Of a stretch of 64,000 nt of DNA, positions 13,046 through 27,134 are shown in pieces. A model generated the notes under the pieces. It saw only the letters and a program-made list of their open reading frames with translations, was not told the DNA's origin and made no database searches. The DNA is taken from contig MU053304.1 of assembly GCA_013239625.1 (NCBI GenBank), positions 372,001 through 436,000 of the forward strand, given 5' to 3'. The first letter of the stretch is position 1. The number at the start of each line of letters is the position of its first letter. The stretch is from Lama guanicoe. Taxonomy: Eukaryota. The position numbers were made by a program, and so were the translations under genes.

Positions 13046-13636
13046 TGCATTAGTTAGGATCCATTTAGGAGGGAGAAACCACAAAGTAATTTGAATAGGG
13101 GAAGTTTCACCTAAAGAATTACTAAACGTAACAGCAGAGTAGAGTAATGGGGGAATGGCTAGGAAGGGGTAAAAGGAACTTTAAAGAATACAGAAGTAGC
13201 AGATAAAGGGAGAAGCCTCCATAGCTAGGATTGAGACAGAGGAACCAAGAAAAGGTCCCCCATCCCAGGGCTGAGACCAAGACCTTTGTAGAGAACACAA
13301 GTGTGACTCACTGGATGGTGAAGTTTGCTAAGGCTGTGAAACCAGCCAAAGGAATCCCAAGGGAAGCTCCCCAGGGGGAGATATCCTGTGCTGCTGATCA
13401 CCAGGCACAGCTGGAGCTAAGAGATGCATACACCTCATTAACCTGGTGCCTGAGGCACACTAGAATCAGAAAAGAAGCCCCTTCCTCCTCCGTTGCCTCT
13501 ACAGCGCCCTCTACTGACAAGGTTTAACTTGGGCCAGCTCTCAAAGGAAAAGGAGTTACAGGGTCCACCTCCATGACCGCAGAGCCAAGTAGAGGATGGC
13601 TTTGGCAGCTGAGACACAACAGATTAATAACCGGCA
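13046..13636. mobile_element. ERVL-type LTR (LTR41-like) within old L1 5'/ORF1-like sequence (about 12480-14120)
   Basis: tgcattagttaggatcc...gaaaccacaaagtaatttgaataggggaagttt. The more GC-rich block interrupts A-rich L1-like DNA. Family assignment is from memory. Confidence 0.5.
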
Positions 13637-14149
13637 CTTACATATTAAAAGAGTACACAATATACTAGGAAAAAATTGACCCAGAATGAGCAACACCAAG
13701 GCATTTTTTTAGTAAATTTACTAGATATTAAAGGGGAAAAGCCCTTTAAACATTGAGGGAGAAAGGAACAAGTGACTTATGAAGGAACAAAAATTAGATC
13801 ATCACCAGACTTTTCAATAACATTGCTCTGCATCAGAAGAAATGGTGTGACCTATCTAAGTGGGCGAAAGTGTGAGCCAAGGAAAACTGACTTTATATCC
13901 AGGAAAGCTCTCAAGTATAAAAGGTACAAACTGTTATCAATGTACAAGAACTCAGGGAATATTATTCCTATGAACCCTTCCTGAAGAATTTACTAGAAAA
14001 CTAGTGTCTGACTGCCAAAATTATAAGACACATCAGCATAAGAAAGCATAAGAACTAGTGGAAAGCACTGAATACGTGGTTACTTGGAGAACCAAAACTA
14101 TATGAGGTTTAAAAGGGAGAAAAACAGAACAAATAAACAAAACAAAACA

Positions 14150-14452
14150 AAAACAAACTCATGGACACAGAGAACAAATAGGTGGTTGCCAGAAGGGAGG
14201 GGAGTGGAAGGGAAAGAGAGGACGGGGTGAACAGGTACAAACCTCCAGTTAAGTAAGTCACAGGGATGTAATATACAGCATGAGGAATATGGTCAATAAT
14301 GTTGTAATAACTTTATGGGGACAGACTGTTACTAGACTTACCATGGTGATCATTTTATAATGCATGCAAATGTCAAATCATTATGTAGTACACTTAAACC
14401 GAACATAATATTGTACGTCAATTATATTTCAATACAAAATATAAAATAAAAG
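14150..14452 (+). mobile_element. LINE-1 3' end
   Basis: caaactcatggacacagagaac...ggtggttgccaga...gtcaattatatttcaat plus A-rich tail. Confidence 0.8.
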
Positions 14453-17400
14453 AGAATATGGTATATGAGGGCAATCTGCTCTATCAACGTAGATAAAGAA
14501 TAGCTATAAAAACTGGGGTAAGAACTTTAAAACTATTTTCACTTATCATTCTAGTGGTAGCAGCATTATTATTCCCTGTTGTGTGTGTAATGTTGCCTGA
14601 AACAAATGAGTAATTATGGGATATTTTAACCATCATCCCCTGTGTCCTACAAATCAGGATTCTCAGCGTGGAAGAAAGGAGATACAGCTGTAATTTCTTA
14701 AAAGATTAAATAAAATATCTGTAGTCTTGAAATTTAATTGGAAATAACAGCATGAACTGATGAGGCATTTTTATCTATCATTCTATCTATACCTGTTAGC
14801 TCTGGTCTAGAAACAATGACCAACCCAGCAGCAGCAAGCATCCCCCAAGTCCACGTTGTGGTCAGGAAATGCCATTTCCCACTGAAAGTCAGGGTTGTGT
14901 GGAGAAATGACTGACTGCACGTCTGAGGAGAAAATGTACAAAAGGAGCCTGGAACAGCTTGACATAAATGACAGCACACAAGCCACCGCAGACAGGCTAT
15001 GTGTAGATGAGGGCAGTGTCAAAAAAACACAGGAGCCAATCCACCAGTGTTCCCACTGGCCAAATACAGGACAGTTTGAGCTCTGAACACAGTAGTAATT
15101 GCAACAAACTAAAACTCACCAAATTTATTTAAATCCATGAGTTCATAATGATATTGAAAACATGAATTAGTCATCTTCAGAGGATAATAAAGAACGAGCT
15201 TATTATTTGGCAAACTGGTAAATACAGGGAAAGAGGAAGGCATTTATCCTGCCGCTCCTGTATGAGATATACCACTGGGTAACCTCATGGTAGATGAAAG
15301 AAAGCATCTGAGTATAAAAAATTCCAGCAAATAAATGACAAAGAAATGATGGGATTAAAATATCATCATTTTGTAGTGGCGGCAACTGTGGTTCTTTCCA
15401 TTACCTCATGTAAAACACTGGAACAGTCTCATCAATGTTGCCATCATCTGTTTAACACTCAGTATATTTTCTCAAAGCCTATTTACTTATAAATTGTGTG
15501 AAATGACAAAAATAAGAAGCAAAAAAATGTGAATCTCAGCACAGTGAAAACAATGAATGCCCCCATTATGGGCCCCCAGTGAAGTAATGAATCTAGGGGC
15601 TGAGCATCCACGACTAAGAGCACCCAGGAGAGGGAGACAATGAGAGAACACATCACACTAGAGTCTTGCCAAAAAGACAGACACTGGGTCTGGTCGAGCT
15701 TCTAGATCCAGCTGACAGCGGGCAGCAAACACAGAAAGCAGCGCGTGTACTGAACTGTCCTGTGAGTGTGTAGCGAGCAAAATCCAGGCTGGGGGAACAC
15801 TGCAGCCAAATGGCTTGGATTCTTCAACAGATAAAATAAAAGAAAAAGAAAAAGAATGAAGAAAGAACGTGTGGATTAAAAGAGAGGTAAAAGATGTATA
15901 TTTTTTAAAGTGGCAAAGACTGAGCCATAGTCTAGGGATGCACACCTGGATGATGAAACTGTAAAGAAACACAAGGAAGTGATCACTATAAAAGCCAGGT
16001 AGTATTACTCCGGCAGTGGCAGAGAGGGGCTGGGTCAGGGACAAGGAACACGGAGGAGCTGCTGGGGTGGTTGCAACGTTCCATCTCTTGGGTTATGAGA
16101 GCATTTGGAGTGTTTGTCTTATTATATACTTCATTAAGCTCTATGTTTGTTTCATATATTTTTCTGTATCTATTTTATTTTACAATAAAAATAGTTTAAG
16201 AACAAGGAATGTTTAAAAATTGATGCATATCTATTCAAATAAAAAAAGTCACATACCAGAATGGTATGAACAGCATGCTTTGAGAAATGTTGACCTTTTC
16301 CTCAAACCTGAGTATCTCAGGCACTAGAAGTCCCCTTGTGCTGGGAAAGCCTCTCTCTGAAGACTTCTGTGCTCACTTGGAATGGATGGACTTTGTGGTG
16401 AAGGAGTACAGCAGGGAACTGATGTCTGCGCTAGACATCGGGCGGGTACAAGGGGCAGCCAATGGGCATGGTGTGGTGGGGTGGGATGCGGGGGTCCTAT
16501 CTAAATACATCCCAAGGCCCACTCAACACATGTAGCCGAAACCCAGGATCCTGCTTCAACCATAACATCTCCTCTGCAGCCCACTGCGCCCCTGCAGACC
16601 TACTTCAGGCCAGTAGGGGTAGCTAGAGGTGCCATGACTGGGTTAACGTCCTGAGGGATGTGATCTGCGGCAGAACAGTGCTGTAAACAAGAACCACTAC
16701 TGTGGTAGAGACCTCTGAGGGTATCTGTCCAGGAATCACTCCCCCTTATGTAACAAGTGCACCCCCATCCCAGTACATATATCTGTTCTATATGGTCCTT
16801 CCCCCCGGGTCATAGCTGATTTGACCAGAAGAGACACAAGACTCCCTGCCAAAGACAGTGGACACCTGTGGCTCACTGTCCAGCATCTATTTCCCCTCTC
16901 TTTGACATTATCACCTCAAATTTCTTTTCAGACACGTCCCCTGTCCCACGTGGTCAGGATGGGATAAACCCACCTCCTGTCTGAGATTAGATTAAACCAA
17001 TGAATTATCCCTATCACCAGTTGTTCATGGAAGGGTTAGGAGCCCAGGCATGAGCTAATCAGTGTCTCACTCCCTTGGCCCTGCAGTTGGTTGAGGCATG
17101 GGCACTTGACCCAGGCTGGTCCAATCAGAATGGACTTTACAACTTCTGTGGGGAATGATGAGATCCCCCCATTACTTCTCTTCTTCTGTGTGGCATAGGG
17201 TGAGGATGAAAGGTCTGGAATGGCCACAGCCACTGCAGGGATCTTGAGGGAGGGTGCCTGAGAATAAAGCCAGAACTCAGAGGTGTGTAGAGCAGTGGAC
17301 ATTGCAGAGAAAAGGAACAAGCTCTCTCATGACATTCTGAGCCACTGGGACCAGTTCAGTCATTCCTTTGGATTTTATGACATGAACCAATATTCCTCCT

Positions 17401-18476
17401 CTCCCCTCTCACCTTCTTTAAAAAACTGAGCTAGTTTGCATTACATTTTCTGCACCTTGTAATTGGATGTTATGGTTAGGAATGTTAAGGCTTCAAGTAA
17501 CAGAAAACTACAGCAACGATAACTTAGACAAATATGAGTATACATTTTGCACAAAACATGAAGTCCAAAAGATGGCGATGGAGAGCCACTCACATAGCTC
17601 AGCAAAGTCATGCACACACACACGCGTGTGCGCAAGTGCCTGGAATCCAAATAAGGCCTGAATTGTATCAAAGTCAATTTCCTGGCTTAGATGCTGTACT
17701 AAAGTTATGTGAGATATTATCATTGGAGGCAAGTGGGTGAAAGGTACCCTCTCTACTATTTTTGCAACTACTTTTGAATCTGCAATTATTTCATAAGTAA
17801 TGTTTTTTACGAATATATGTATATATATGCACGACTAGGACATTGTGCTGTACACCACAAATTGACACACTAATTGACTGTACTTCAATAATAGTACTTT
17901 TTTTTTAAAATAAGATAAGTGCATAGACAATTTTGCATATGATTTCAGAGGCTTCACATCTCCCTAAGGCTCATATAGCTTCCTACAGTGAAAGGCTGGA
18001 GCAGCATTCACCCATCCTCTCCCCTCCACAACCCATATTCCAGCATTACTACTCAGGTCCTGCCTATTAAGCTGCTTCCATTCCCAGTGAGATGGAGAAA
18101 CAAGACAGCTCAAAGAGAGAGGTTAGCATATATGAGAGCTTATTCAGCTACTTTTCTGGAAGGTGGGGTGGACATCTGGGTGCACACATATATCTCGTAC
18201 TCTGGCAACAACCTCAGATTCAGGCGATGCCACAATGACACAGAAAGTGCCCTCCACCTAAGGGCTCCTGGATGTCTCCCATCAGACAGAATTCATTCAC
18301 CACTCTGGGACCTACAGTCTTACCCTTTCAAAGTCATCTTGTTTCTAGCCCACCTATAGACCTTCAGACAAATAACTCAATTTGGAGAGGGAATTAACCA
18401 CATTATCTGTTCTAAGTTCCCCTAAGTTTATTGATCCCAAGGCACAGGGCCCAGGCTGTGTATTTATCCAAAATAA

Positions 18477-18835
18477 TATCATATTATATTGCTTTTATGT
18501 GGAATCTAAAAAAATGATACAAATTCTATTTACAAACTGAAAACAGACTCCTGGACACAGAAAACAGGCTATGGTTGCCGAAGAGGAAAGGGCGGAGAGG
18601 GATAAATTAGGGGTTGGGGATTAACAGATATACATTTCTATACATACAATAGATAAACAACAAGGACCTACTGTATAGCACAGGGAACTATATTCAATTT
18701 CTTGTAATAACATATAATGGAGAAGAATCTGAAAAGAAAAAATATATATGCATGTATATGAATAACTGAATATTTGCTATATACCTGAAACTAACATCAT
18801 AAATAAACTACACTTCAATAAAAAATTTAAAAATA
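18477..18835 (+). mobile_element. LINE-1 3' end (artiodactyl-type)
   Basis: atgtggaatctaaaaaaatgatacaaa...ggacctactgtatagcacagggaactatattcaa...cttcaataaaaaa. Confidence 0.82.
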
Positions 18836-20059
18836 TATATATGTATATAGTTAAAAGTTCAATTTCCAGCATCATTCCCTCCGCACCCTGATGTCCTGCT
18901 GCCCTCTGCTGGTGGTTTCTAGGTAGTACTTAGAAATTCGTATGAAGTGAAGAAATGAGAAAGGCACAAAATAAAGAGAGCCACAAAAGAATAAATGTAA
19001 TGGGATAATCAGAATATGAAAAACACTTACCCTCACTGGTAATTAAGATGCAAACTACAACAACCAGGAGATAATATTCCTCTCAATCAGACTGATGATA
19101 ATGGAAAAGAATGACGTCTGGTACTGCCCAGGGCTGGGGACGCACGGCTTGTCACAAGGCACACATAAAAGTGATCACCTCAGCAGGGCACCCTGAGATC
19201 AACTGAGTCCCAGGAATGGAAAGGGCCCATGTTCTCGCTGCCTGTAACCCACTCGGGCTCTGGCACCCTGGCGCCCTACTGTGAAGCTCTGGCTTGCACA
19301 GCTGGGGCGAGTGTAGTCAGCAAGGTTTCTGGAGTAGTTTGGTCCTATGCAACAATGGCCTTAAAAACTCCAACTACTCTGAATCTCAAACATTCCACTT
19401 CTAGGAACTTTTCCTAAAGAAGTTATCAAAAAATTGAGTGAAGAAATTATAACCAGAAGAGCTAATCTTCATACTGCCATGTTCTCAGGCAAGGTGCCCC
19501 CATTCTTCTCCCAGAAGCCAACCAGGAAGCCATTTCAAAACTTAGAATCCAGCCTGCAGTTTCTTTGAAGCTGACCTCCAAGAGACTGTCTTTGTGGCTT
19601 GAAACCCTTCCCACTATCTCCCCTCCACACTCACAGTAATAGGGCCAGTTTTCACCTGTTTTATCCTTTTATTGTCCATCTTCTTACTAGAACAAAAGGT
19701 CTATGAAGTCAGAGTGCAATCCAGAAGTTCCAAGGGGTGACTGGCCCGGTGAAGTGAGCTGGGGCCCTCAGGGAGCCAATGAGCACTGAGGAGCTGCAGT
19801 GTAGAACTGGCCCAGGGGGATGAAGGACAATGCGTTCCCCTTCCAAACAGGCTAGGGAGGTGACAACCTTTGAAAACGGGAGGCTGACATCTGTGTTGTG
19901 TACATGCAAACCTCTGCGTGAACAGGGATTTCTTTCTACAGGGTTATTTATTATAGAAGACAATACTGGATGACCAGCTGTAGGAGAATGGCTTTACAAG
20001 CTGATACATCCATATGGTGGAATTCAAAACAAAGGAGTAGCATTATTCTCACCAACATC

Positions 20060-20576
20060 TATTCCAGTTAGCTAATACTGAGTAACAAGCCACTCCCAAG
20101 CTTGTAGCTTAAACAAGAGCACCATTTACTTTCCTTACCAATCTCCAATTTGGGAGGGCTGGGTAGGGAGAGCTCGTCTCTGCTCCATTTGGCACCAGAC
20201 CTTAAGGCTGGGCCCTGGAACCACCTGAAGGCTCACTCACTCCCAGGTGACACCTGTAATGTGAAGACCCTGTGGGCATCTATCTCCCTCCCTCCTTCTC
20301 TCCCCTGCTCCTGCCCCTGCCCCTCAAGGTGATTGCTTCTGCAGGACAGCTTCGGCAAAGGGATCCCAAGGCATGCATCCCAAGAGAGACAGAGCTGGGT
20401 GGAAGCTGTATCACCTTTTTTAACCCAGCGTAGATGTCACTCAGCATCACTTCTGCCATGTCCTATTCAATAGAAGTGTGTCACTGAGATAGGCCCATAT
20501 CCAAGAGTAGGGGAATCAGGCTCTATCTTTTGTGGGAAGACTGTCAAAAATTTGTAGACTTATTTTAAAGCACCAC
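20060..20576 (-). mobile_element. MaLR LTR (MLT1-like)
   Basis: gtaacaagccactcccaagc...gcttaaacaa...cagcatcacttctgccat...ttttaaagcaccaca pattern. Confidence 0.6.
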
Positions 20577-23102
20577 AGCATGGGGAGATGTTCACAATAT
20601 ATTAAGAGAAAAAAAGCAAATTACAGAACAGTATGAACAGCCTGGCCGAGCTAGTAGCCCCTTTGCTGTCAATCCACACCTGTACTGGGACCTAAACCTG
20701 GCCACCCCCAGGCTCCCAGCCTTTCGGAGGTGTGGCCATGCCTGAGCTTCAGGCTTAGTCTCTGAGTCAGATCCAGACATAAATCCCAGCTCCGCCATGT
20801 AGTAGCTCAGAGCTGTTTCCTCAGTAGTCGAAAATGGAGTTATAACAGTACCAGCCTTACAGTTGTGGTGAGGACCTAGGGAGATACCCCTGAGAAGCAA
20901 TTAATCCAGCAGCTGGTACATAACAAGCACTCAAGTACTTGGCTACACCTGGACAAGCCTCACCTGGCGGAGGCTACACACCCAGAGCCAAGCCCCTGGT
21001 AAATGGTTTTTGGCAATAACAGGATGCTGCTCCACTAGAGGAAGCACCAAAACAGCAGAGTGCGACTCCAACATCCAGAGCTCCGGGTAACCACAGCAGC
21101 CAGCCTCCACCCACACCTGGACCACACCGTGTCCCCTTAGGACAGGCATTCTGGGTGAGGAGAAGGCCTTCCTTGTGCTGGGAACCATGCCAGTCACTGC
21201 AGATGTGAGAGGAGAGCACAGCCCCTGCCCTTGAAGGGCTCACACTCTAGTCAGGGGATAGATGAATTAACAGGCAGGAACACAGAAAAAGGTGTGGGGC
21301 ACCAAATGGTGCAGAGGGAGGGATTATCCCTGGCATTGGGAAGTCAGAAAAGTGTTTCATGGATGAGTGTTTGCCAAGTGGACAAGGAGGAGAGGAGGAA
21401 GGAAACTCAGGCAAACAGCACAAAGGCAAAGAGATCAACCAGATGGCTCAGATGAGAGTGGTGCCTTCTGAGCCACAACAGTTCAGGGAGACTGGAGATT
21501 TGGGGTGAGAAGGAGAGGGACCCATTACAGGGTCTGGGTACACAGCCTGAGGGGTTTCCCAAGCCCTGACAAAGACTTGGGCCTCACGGAGGGGAGGCTG
21601 CTGGAGAGTCTGCAGCAAGACTAATACTAGAAAGAGGACGCAGGAGGCAGTGGGAGGTTGAAAGATGGCAGGAGAGGTGGCTGCCACAGAGCAGGGAAGT
21701 AGGGGGGGGGGTGGGGGGAACTGAGTGATGAGGAAGGCACAGGGGGAGGAGAGAGGTGGGGAGGTAGGGGCCCAGAGCTGAGGGGAGGGGGAAGGAATAG
21801 CCAGCATGAGGACAGACCACTGGGATGTGGCAGATTTGGGCTTGTAGAGCTATCAGCCTAATTCCTGGCGTCCATATTGCTGAAGGTCTCCACTCTGTTC
21901 TGAAATGATCAAGAGAGCGTGTTCTGAAATGAAGTGTGCTATGTTCCTGACCAACAGTGGACTCCAAACACCTACAGCAAAAATATGAGCATCGGTAACA
22001 ACCACTAACACCTGTGTTCAAGGCGAGCCTGGCTCTGCCTCCTATAATCCTCACAACCCCCTTAGGAAGGGTCTTAACTATCCTGCTCCCTTTCCAGAAG
22101 AGGAAAGGGGCCTGAGGGGCAGGTCACACTGCCCGCTACAGGCTTCTCCCTCACCACCAGACCACACTGCCTCCCACTGGCCCTGCTTCACCCAAGCCCC
22201 CAGGTGTTCAAGAAACTTGTCAGATGACTGAAGAGGCTCTCCCTCCAAGAGGTATTGCTCACTGTTCAGATTTACAACTCTTTCTAAATGGTCAACAACA
22301 CAGGAAGACCACTGCTTTAGTGGGAAGACCTTGGTGTATTTACTGAAATAATGTGGTCACTGGACTTGAATATATATAATACTTAATCATATGAAGGAAA
22401 CAGTCTTTTCTTAGCTCCCTAAAAGATTTTGTTAGAATTGTATGTCTAATTTTACAGAATTACTTTCATCTACATTCATAAACAAAAGAGAAAAAAACCT
22501 ACCTTTGTTAGATTTTGGTAATAGGGCTCAACTAAACAGTAGCTTTTAATTTTCACTTCTTGATTTTTAGCCAGTTCTAGTATTTTTTTTAAATTGCAGT
22601 TTACAATGTTATATCAATTTCTGATGTTAGTATTTTATTTGAGTAAATTATGTTCACTCAATTTTCCAGAAAATTCTCTACATCATTGAATTTGAAAGAG
22701 TGATAGTGGGTAACAATTTATAGTTTTAAAATTCTAACTGTTCTCTTTATTCATTTGTTTTCTTTTATTAATTAATTTTCCAGGTATATACCTTTTTCAT
22801 TAAAAAAAACGCTCTTCAACTAACAATTTTGATTCTGCCAGTTAATTAATTTCTGCACTTATCTTTATCATTTCCTCCACATACTTTCCTTAATCTTATA
22901 TTTTTAAACCTCCTTTGGCTACCTTGCTACTGTATAATGGGTATCCAAAGAGTGTACTGAATGAATCAATGTTCAAAGAATTGAAGTGGCAAAAAAAATG
23001 TGAAAAGGATGAGTTCAAAAAATATTAATAATCAAGATGTGGTGAATCAGATATGGGGTAAGGAGGAGTTAAGGATGAACCCCAAGTTCTGACTCAGGTA
23101 AC

Positions 23103-23484
23103 TGTTTAATAGACTAAATTATGTTTTCCCAAAATTCGTATGTTGAAACTCTGACCCCAATGTTATGGTATTTGGGGTCAGGCCTTTAAGAAGTAACTAA
23201 GATAAAATAAAGTCATAAAGGTGGAGCCCTAATCCATTATGACTGAGGTCCTCATAAGAAGAGTAAGAGACACCAGGGATGCACATGCTTAGAGGAAAGG
23301 CCATGTGAGGACACAGTGAGAAGGTGGCACCTGTAAGTCAAGGAGAGAAGCCTCAGGCGACACCAAACTGGCCAACACCTTGATCTTGGATTTCCAGCCT
23401 CCATAACTGAGGGGGAATAAATTTCTGTGGTCTAAGATGCCTCATCTGTGGTATTTTGTTATGGCAGCCCTATAAAATAATACA
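23103..23484 (+). mobile_element. MaLR LTR (MLT1A/B-like)
   Basis: cccaaaattcgtatgttgaa...ggtggagccctaatcc...caccttgatcttggatttccagcctcc...tgttatggcagccc...aataca. Confidence 0.8.
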
Positions 23485-25469
23485 CGTGGTGAATAGTGGG
23501 TACCATTTGCTGACTCTATGAGTAGACCTGAGAGATGGCAAGTAGAAACGCCCAGCTGGCTGCTGACCGACTATACATGTTGGCAGAATGAGCCAGAGAC
23601 AGAGATCTGGGTGTTATAAATGGAAGTAGAACACCATGGGGTAAATGTGAATGAAACGAAACTCTAGCAAACATCTCCATGAGACTCTAAAGGAAGAGAC
23701 GCTCCTGAAGCAAGTTTAGCACAAGCAGAGAAACACAAGGAAAATCAAGAGATGAGACCATGAAAACTAAGAGAGAACATTTAAAGAAGTGGGCTCAGCA
23801 GTGCCAATTGTAACATACAGATCAAGCCAGACAAAGCCTGAAAAGGCTAGCAAGTTAAAGATCTATGGCCTCCTTGAAAAGAAAACCACTGGTGGATGGC
23901 TGGCAGTAGGAGCCATGTGGCAAAAGATTCAGGTGTGGATGAGGGAGGAAGTAGAGACAGAAAGGGGAGACAACTCTCAAGAAGTTCGTTTGTTAAAGAA
24001 AAAAAACAAAAGTGGTGCCTGGAAAGGATCATCAGCTTCCAGGGAGGGGCTTCTTTCTGTGTAAAATTCTTCATCATGCACAGACGTTAGAGGAGAGGCC
24101 AAAGACACAAGTGAGAACTCCTGGGAGAAGAGGGGAGGCAGCTCAACCTCACACAGGGGAATGAATCACACTCCGCTAGAAGGAGCATTGCCTTTTCCAC
24201 TGTGATAAGAACAAAAGTGTAAAGGGTGGATGAGGATTCTGTGGGTGGAAGACGAGAAACTGTGGGTTTCCCACCTAGAGTTCTCTGTGTTCACGCTGAA
24301 GTAGGACTGTCATCTGCTGAGCGAGGGGTGTCAGAGAGTAACGGTTTTAAAGGAACAGTGAAACTTAACAGCCGTAGGGAATGAGTGTGAGCTGATTAGG
24401 GGCATCTGATGGGGTAGCCCAGCAGCTCTGAGGACCCAGTTTAGAGACAAATGTAGTGGGTGGCACCACCCACAGCTGTGTGATTTCTCCTGCGGCGGTA
24501 TGAGGTGTTGTATGACTTGTATGAGGCCCTAACCTCTTTAGGTTTTCCTTGTGTTTCTCTACGTATTCTAAAATTTCGTCAAGGGCAAATCCAGCTGTTT
24601 AGAACCCAGCTGAAGGTATTTGCTAGGGTTCCACTGTGACCTTTTTATATTACTTCTATGTATTCTCCATGGATTCACCCTCAAGGTTCCACCCCGTTTC
24701 CTATGACTCAGAAGTTTAGAAAGGTAAGTAACTAGATAAATCCATAGTAGGGGTTTGCTAGGAAAAAGCAATGTAAGGGTAGGCATAAAATGACCCCAAG
24801 AAGATTTGGCCTGCCTCCTATCTTTGCTTTTCCCATCACTTCATTGCAGCTTTCATCCTTAACCAAAGGACAACAGTTTTCATCCCTAATAGACCCAACA
24901 TTCCCTTTTTATAATGAACTTTTATACCCACTTTTATTGTCCTGAGGTCAAGTTATAAATAACCTACCTAACAGACTTAAGTTTAAAAGATCCATTTAGT
25001 GTCCTCAGGGTAATGTAAAGGAGGTGTAAAATGAAATTTATAATAAAAAATGTATCGCAATCTGTAAATCTCAGGCATAATTACAAGAAAAGACTTAATG
25101 AAGTAGTCAGATGCATGACTGGATACAGATCCCCAGGAAGACAGGTACAATCACAGACTGAGCAAGGTATGCTATACCTGAAACTTAAACCCATGAGTAG
25201 TGTGACATTCCATCAGGTCCAGTAAAACTCAACCAATTGCTACATTAAAAAAATTTTTTTTGCAGTCTCAAGCTGTTAGTATAACGACTTTAAGTAGAAT
25301 TGAAATATGGTTTGGTTTCAGGCAACCCAGCATATCAGAAATAGAGAAAATGGCAAGTATGTAGAGTAACACAAACTGTTTATGATCTTAGCTTCTTTGG
25401 TCACCACCTTTTCCTATCACTCTAAAGTTTGGGGGTAGAAAAAAAAACTGGAAAAAAAAAGTAATCTTT

Positions 25470-25600
25470 GGTGGGAGAGTATAGCTCAAGTGGTAGAGTG
25501 CATGTTTAGCATGCATGAGGTCCTGAGTTCAATCCCCACTACCTCCTCTAAAAATAAACCCAATTACCTTCCTCTCCCCACCGAAAAAAAAAAAACAAAA
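25470..25600 (+). mobile_element. tRNA-derived SINE (vic-1-like)
   Basis: gtatagctcaagtggtagagtgcatg...gagttcaatcccc with poly-A tail. Same family as the other copies. Confidence 0.85.
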
Positions 25601-27134
25601 CACCAGCCTGAGGGTAGGAATTCTACTGTCAGTGGTGATCATCTTGAATTTGGAACACAAGAATGGCCTGTACTGGGAGGCTTTGACCACCTCCATAATG
25701 TTACCCAAGAAGGAACCATAGTGCCTGGACAGGCAGTAAAGAAGACCAAAGAGGAATTCGGGAAGCAGACAGCTTAGGGTTAAAGAAGGTGGCTAGAGCC
25801 AGCTGACAGGCACTACCACCAAGCTAATTATTTCATACTGCAGTGTCTCATTCCTGACCTAACATGTTTCCCTGTTGCCGAGGACACCTCTTCTGAACAT
25901 TGTATTTATACGTGAAACACCGGTGCACTTTTCAAACCCAAGCCCAGCTGTCACATCACGCCAGGTGGGAAACTGCAGAGCTCAGAGGCCAGGCCTCCTA
26001 CCAGAGTTCAACAGAGTAAAGAGCATTCCAGTAGTCCCCGCAACTCCTGGAGCCCCACCACCATGCTCCGCTTCCTTATAAAGTGGCTGCGTGGGTTTGG
26101 GAAGCAGAGGCCGTGATGTGTTGGATGTCAGTTAAAAGCAAGATGAGCCCACAGAGGAATAAGCAGGTAGAGGGTGTCAATGGTCAGTCTGGGGAGCAGA
26201 CTCTAAATTAGACTGTGACACAGAGAAGATGGCAGGGCACAAGTCAGAGAGCCAGGAGTCTTCACTGCACCACTGACCACCAGGGCACTTCGAATCTCTG
26301 TGTTTCCATTTTCTCATATGTAAAGTGAGGATGACTATAATACTATTTATCCTTACCAACCTAAGGAGACTGTCTGGTGGAAGGGAGTCAAAGTACACAA
26401 AGATAGTCTATAAAGCACTTTATGAATGTTGTTCTTATCACTGTCGTTACTATTCTTAAGAAAGCAGCAGAACCGTGGAGAAGGTGAACCTAGAGCTCCT
26501 CAGGGCTTGGGGCAGTCAGACAACAAGTGCTCAACATTTCCTGCAAGTCCAGCCACGCTTCCCAGCCTCCTTCCGGCAGGAAAGAGGATGGAAGACCACC
26601 TGCTGAGAGTGCGAGAGACTGTTTTGGGTCTAGAAAGAAAAGCTGGAGAAACCTGTAAGGCTGGAAAGCGTTTCTGAGAAATGAAAGGTTTCCAAAAATT
26701 CCCCCAAAATGTGTTCCACCACATATTACCAAAATGGATTCACTGGTGAAATCAGTGTGGGAATAGGCTTCCTCCCCCAGGCCTTCTCTCTGAGAACTTA
26801 ACAATGAATTTCCAGTGAGGATATGGGACGCAGGATGTGCCAAATTTATTTAACGACAGAACCCTTTCCCACAGAGCATCTATCAAATGGTTTCATGAAA
26901 CATACTTTGGGAATTAAACCCTCCAGTTGGGCATAATGTTATATGGGCACATGGATCATGAAAAGGGAAACAGGAATACTTTTTTAACATTCGATCAATG
27001 GTAGGCAGCTGCCGGACATTTTGGGAAAAGGAGAAATCCATTTTTTAACCATGGCACTGAAACACATTTTCCCTGAACCACCCTAAATTCCAGCCCCTCG
27101 AGATCCACCAGCTGTGCGACCCCACATTCCACAG

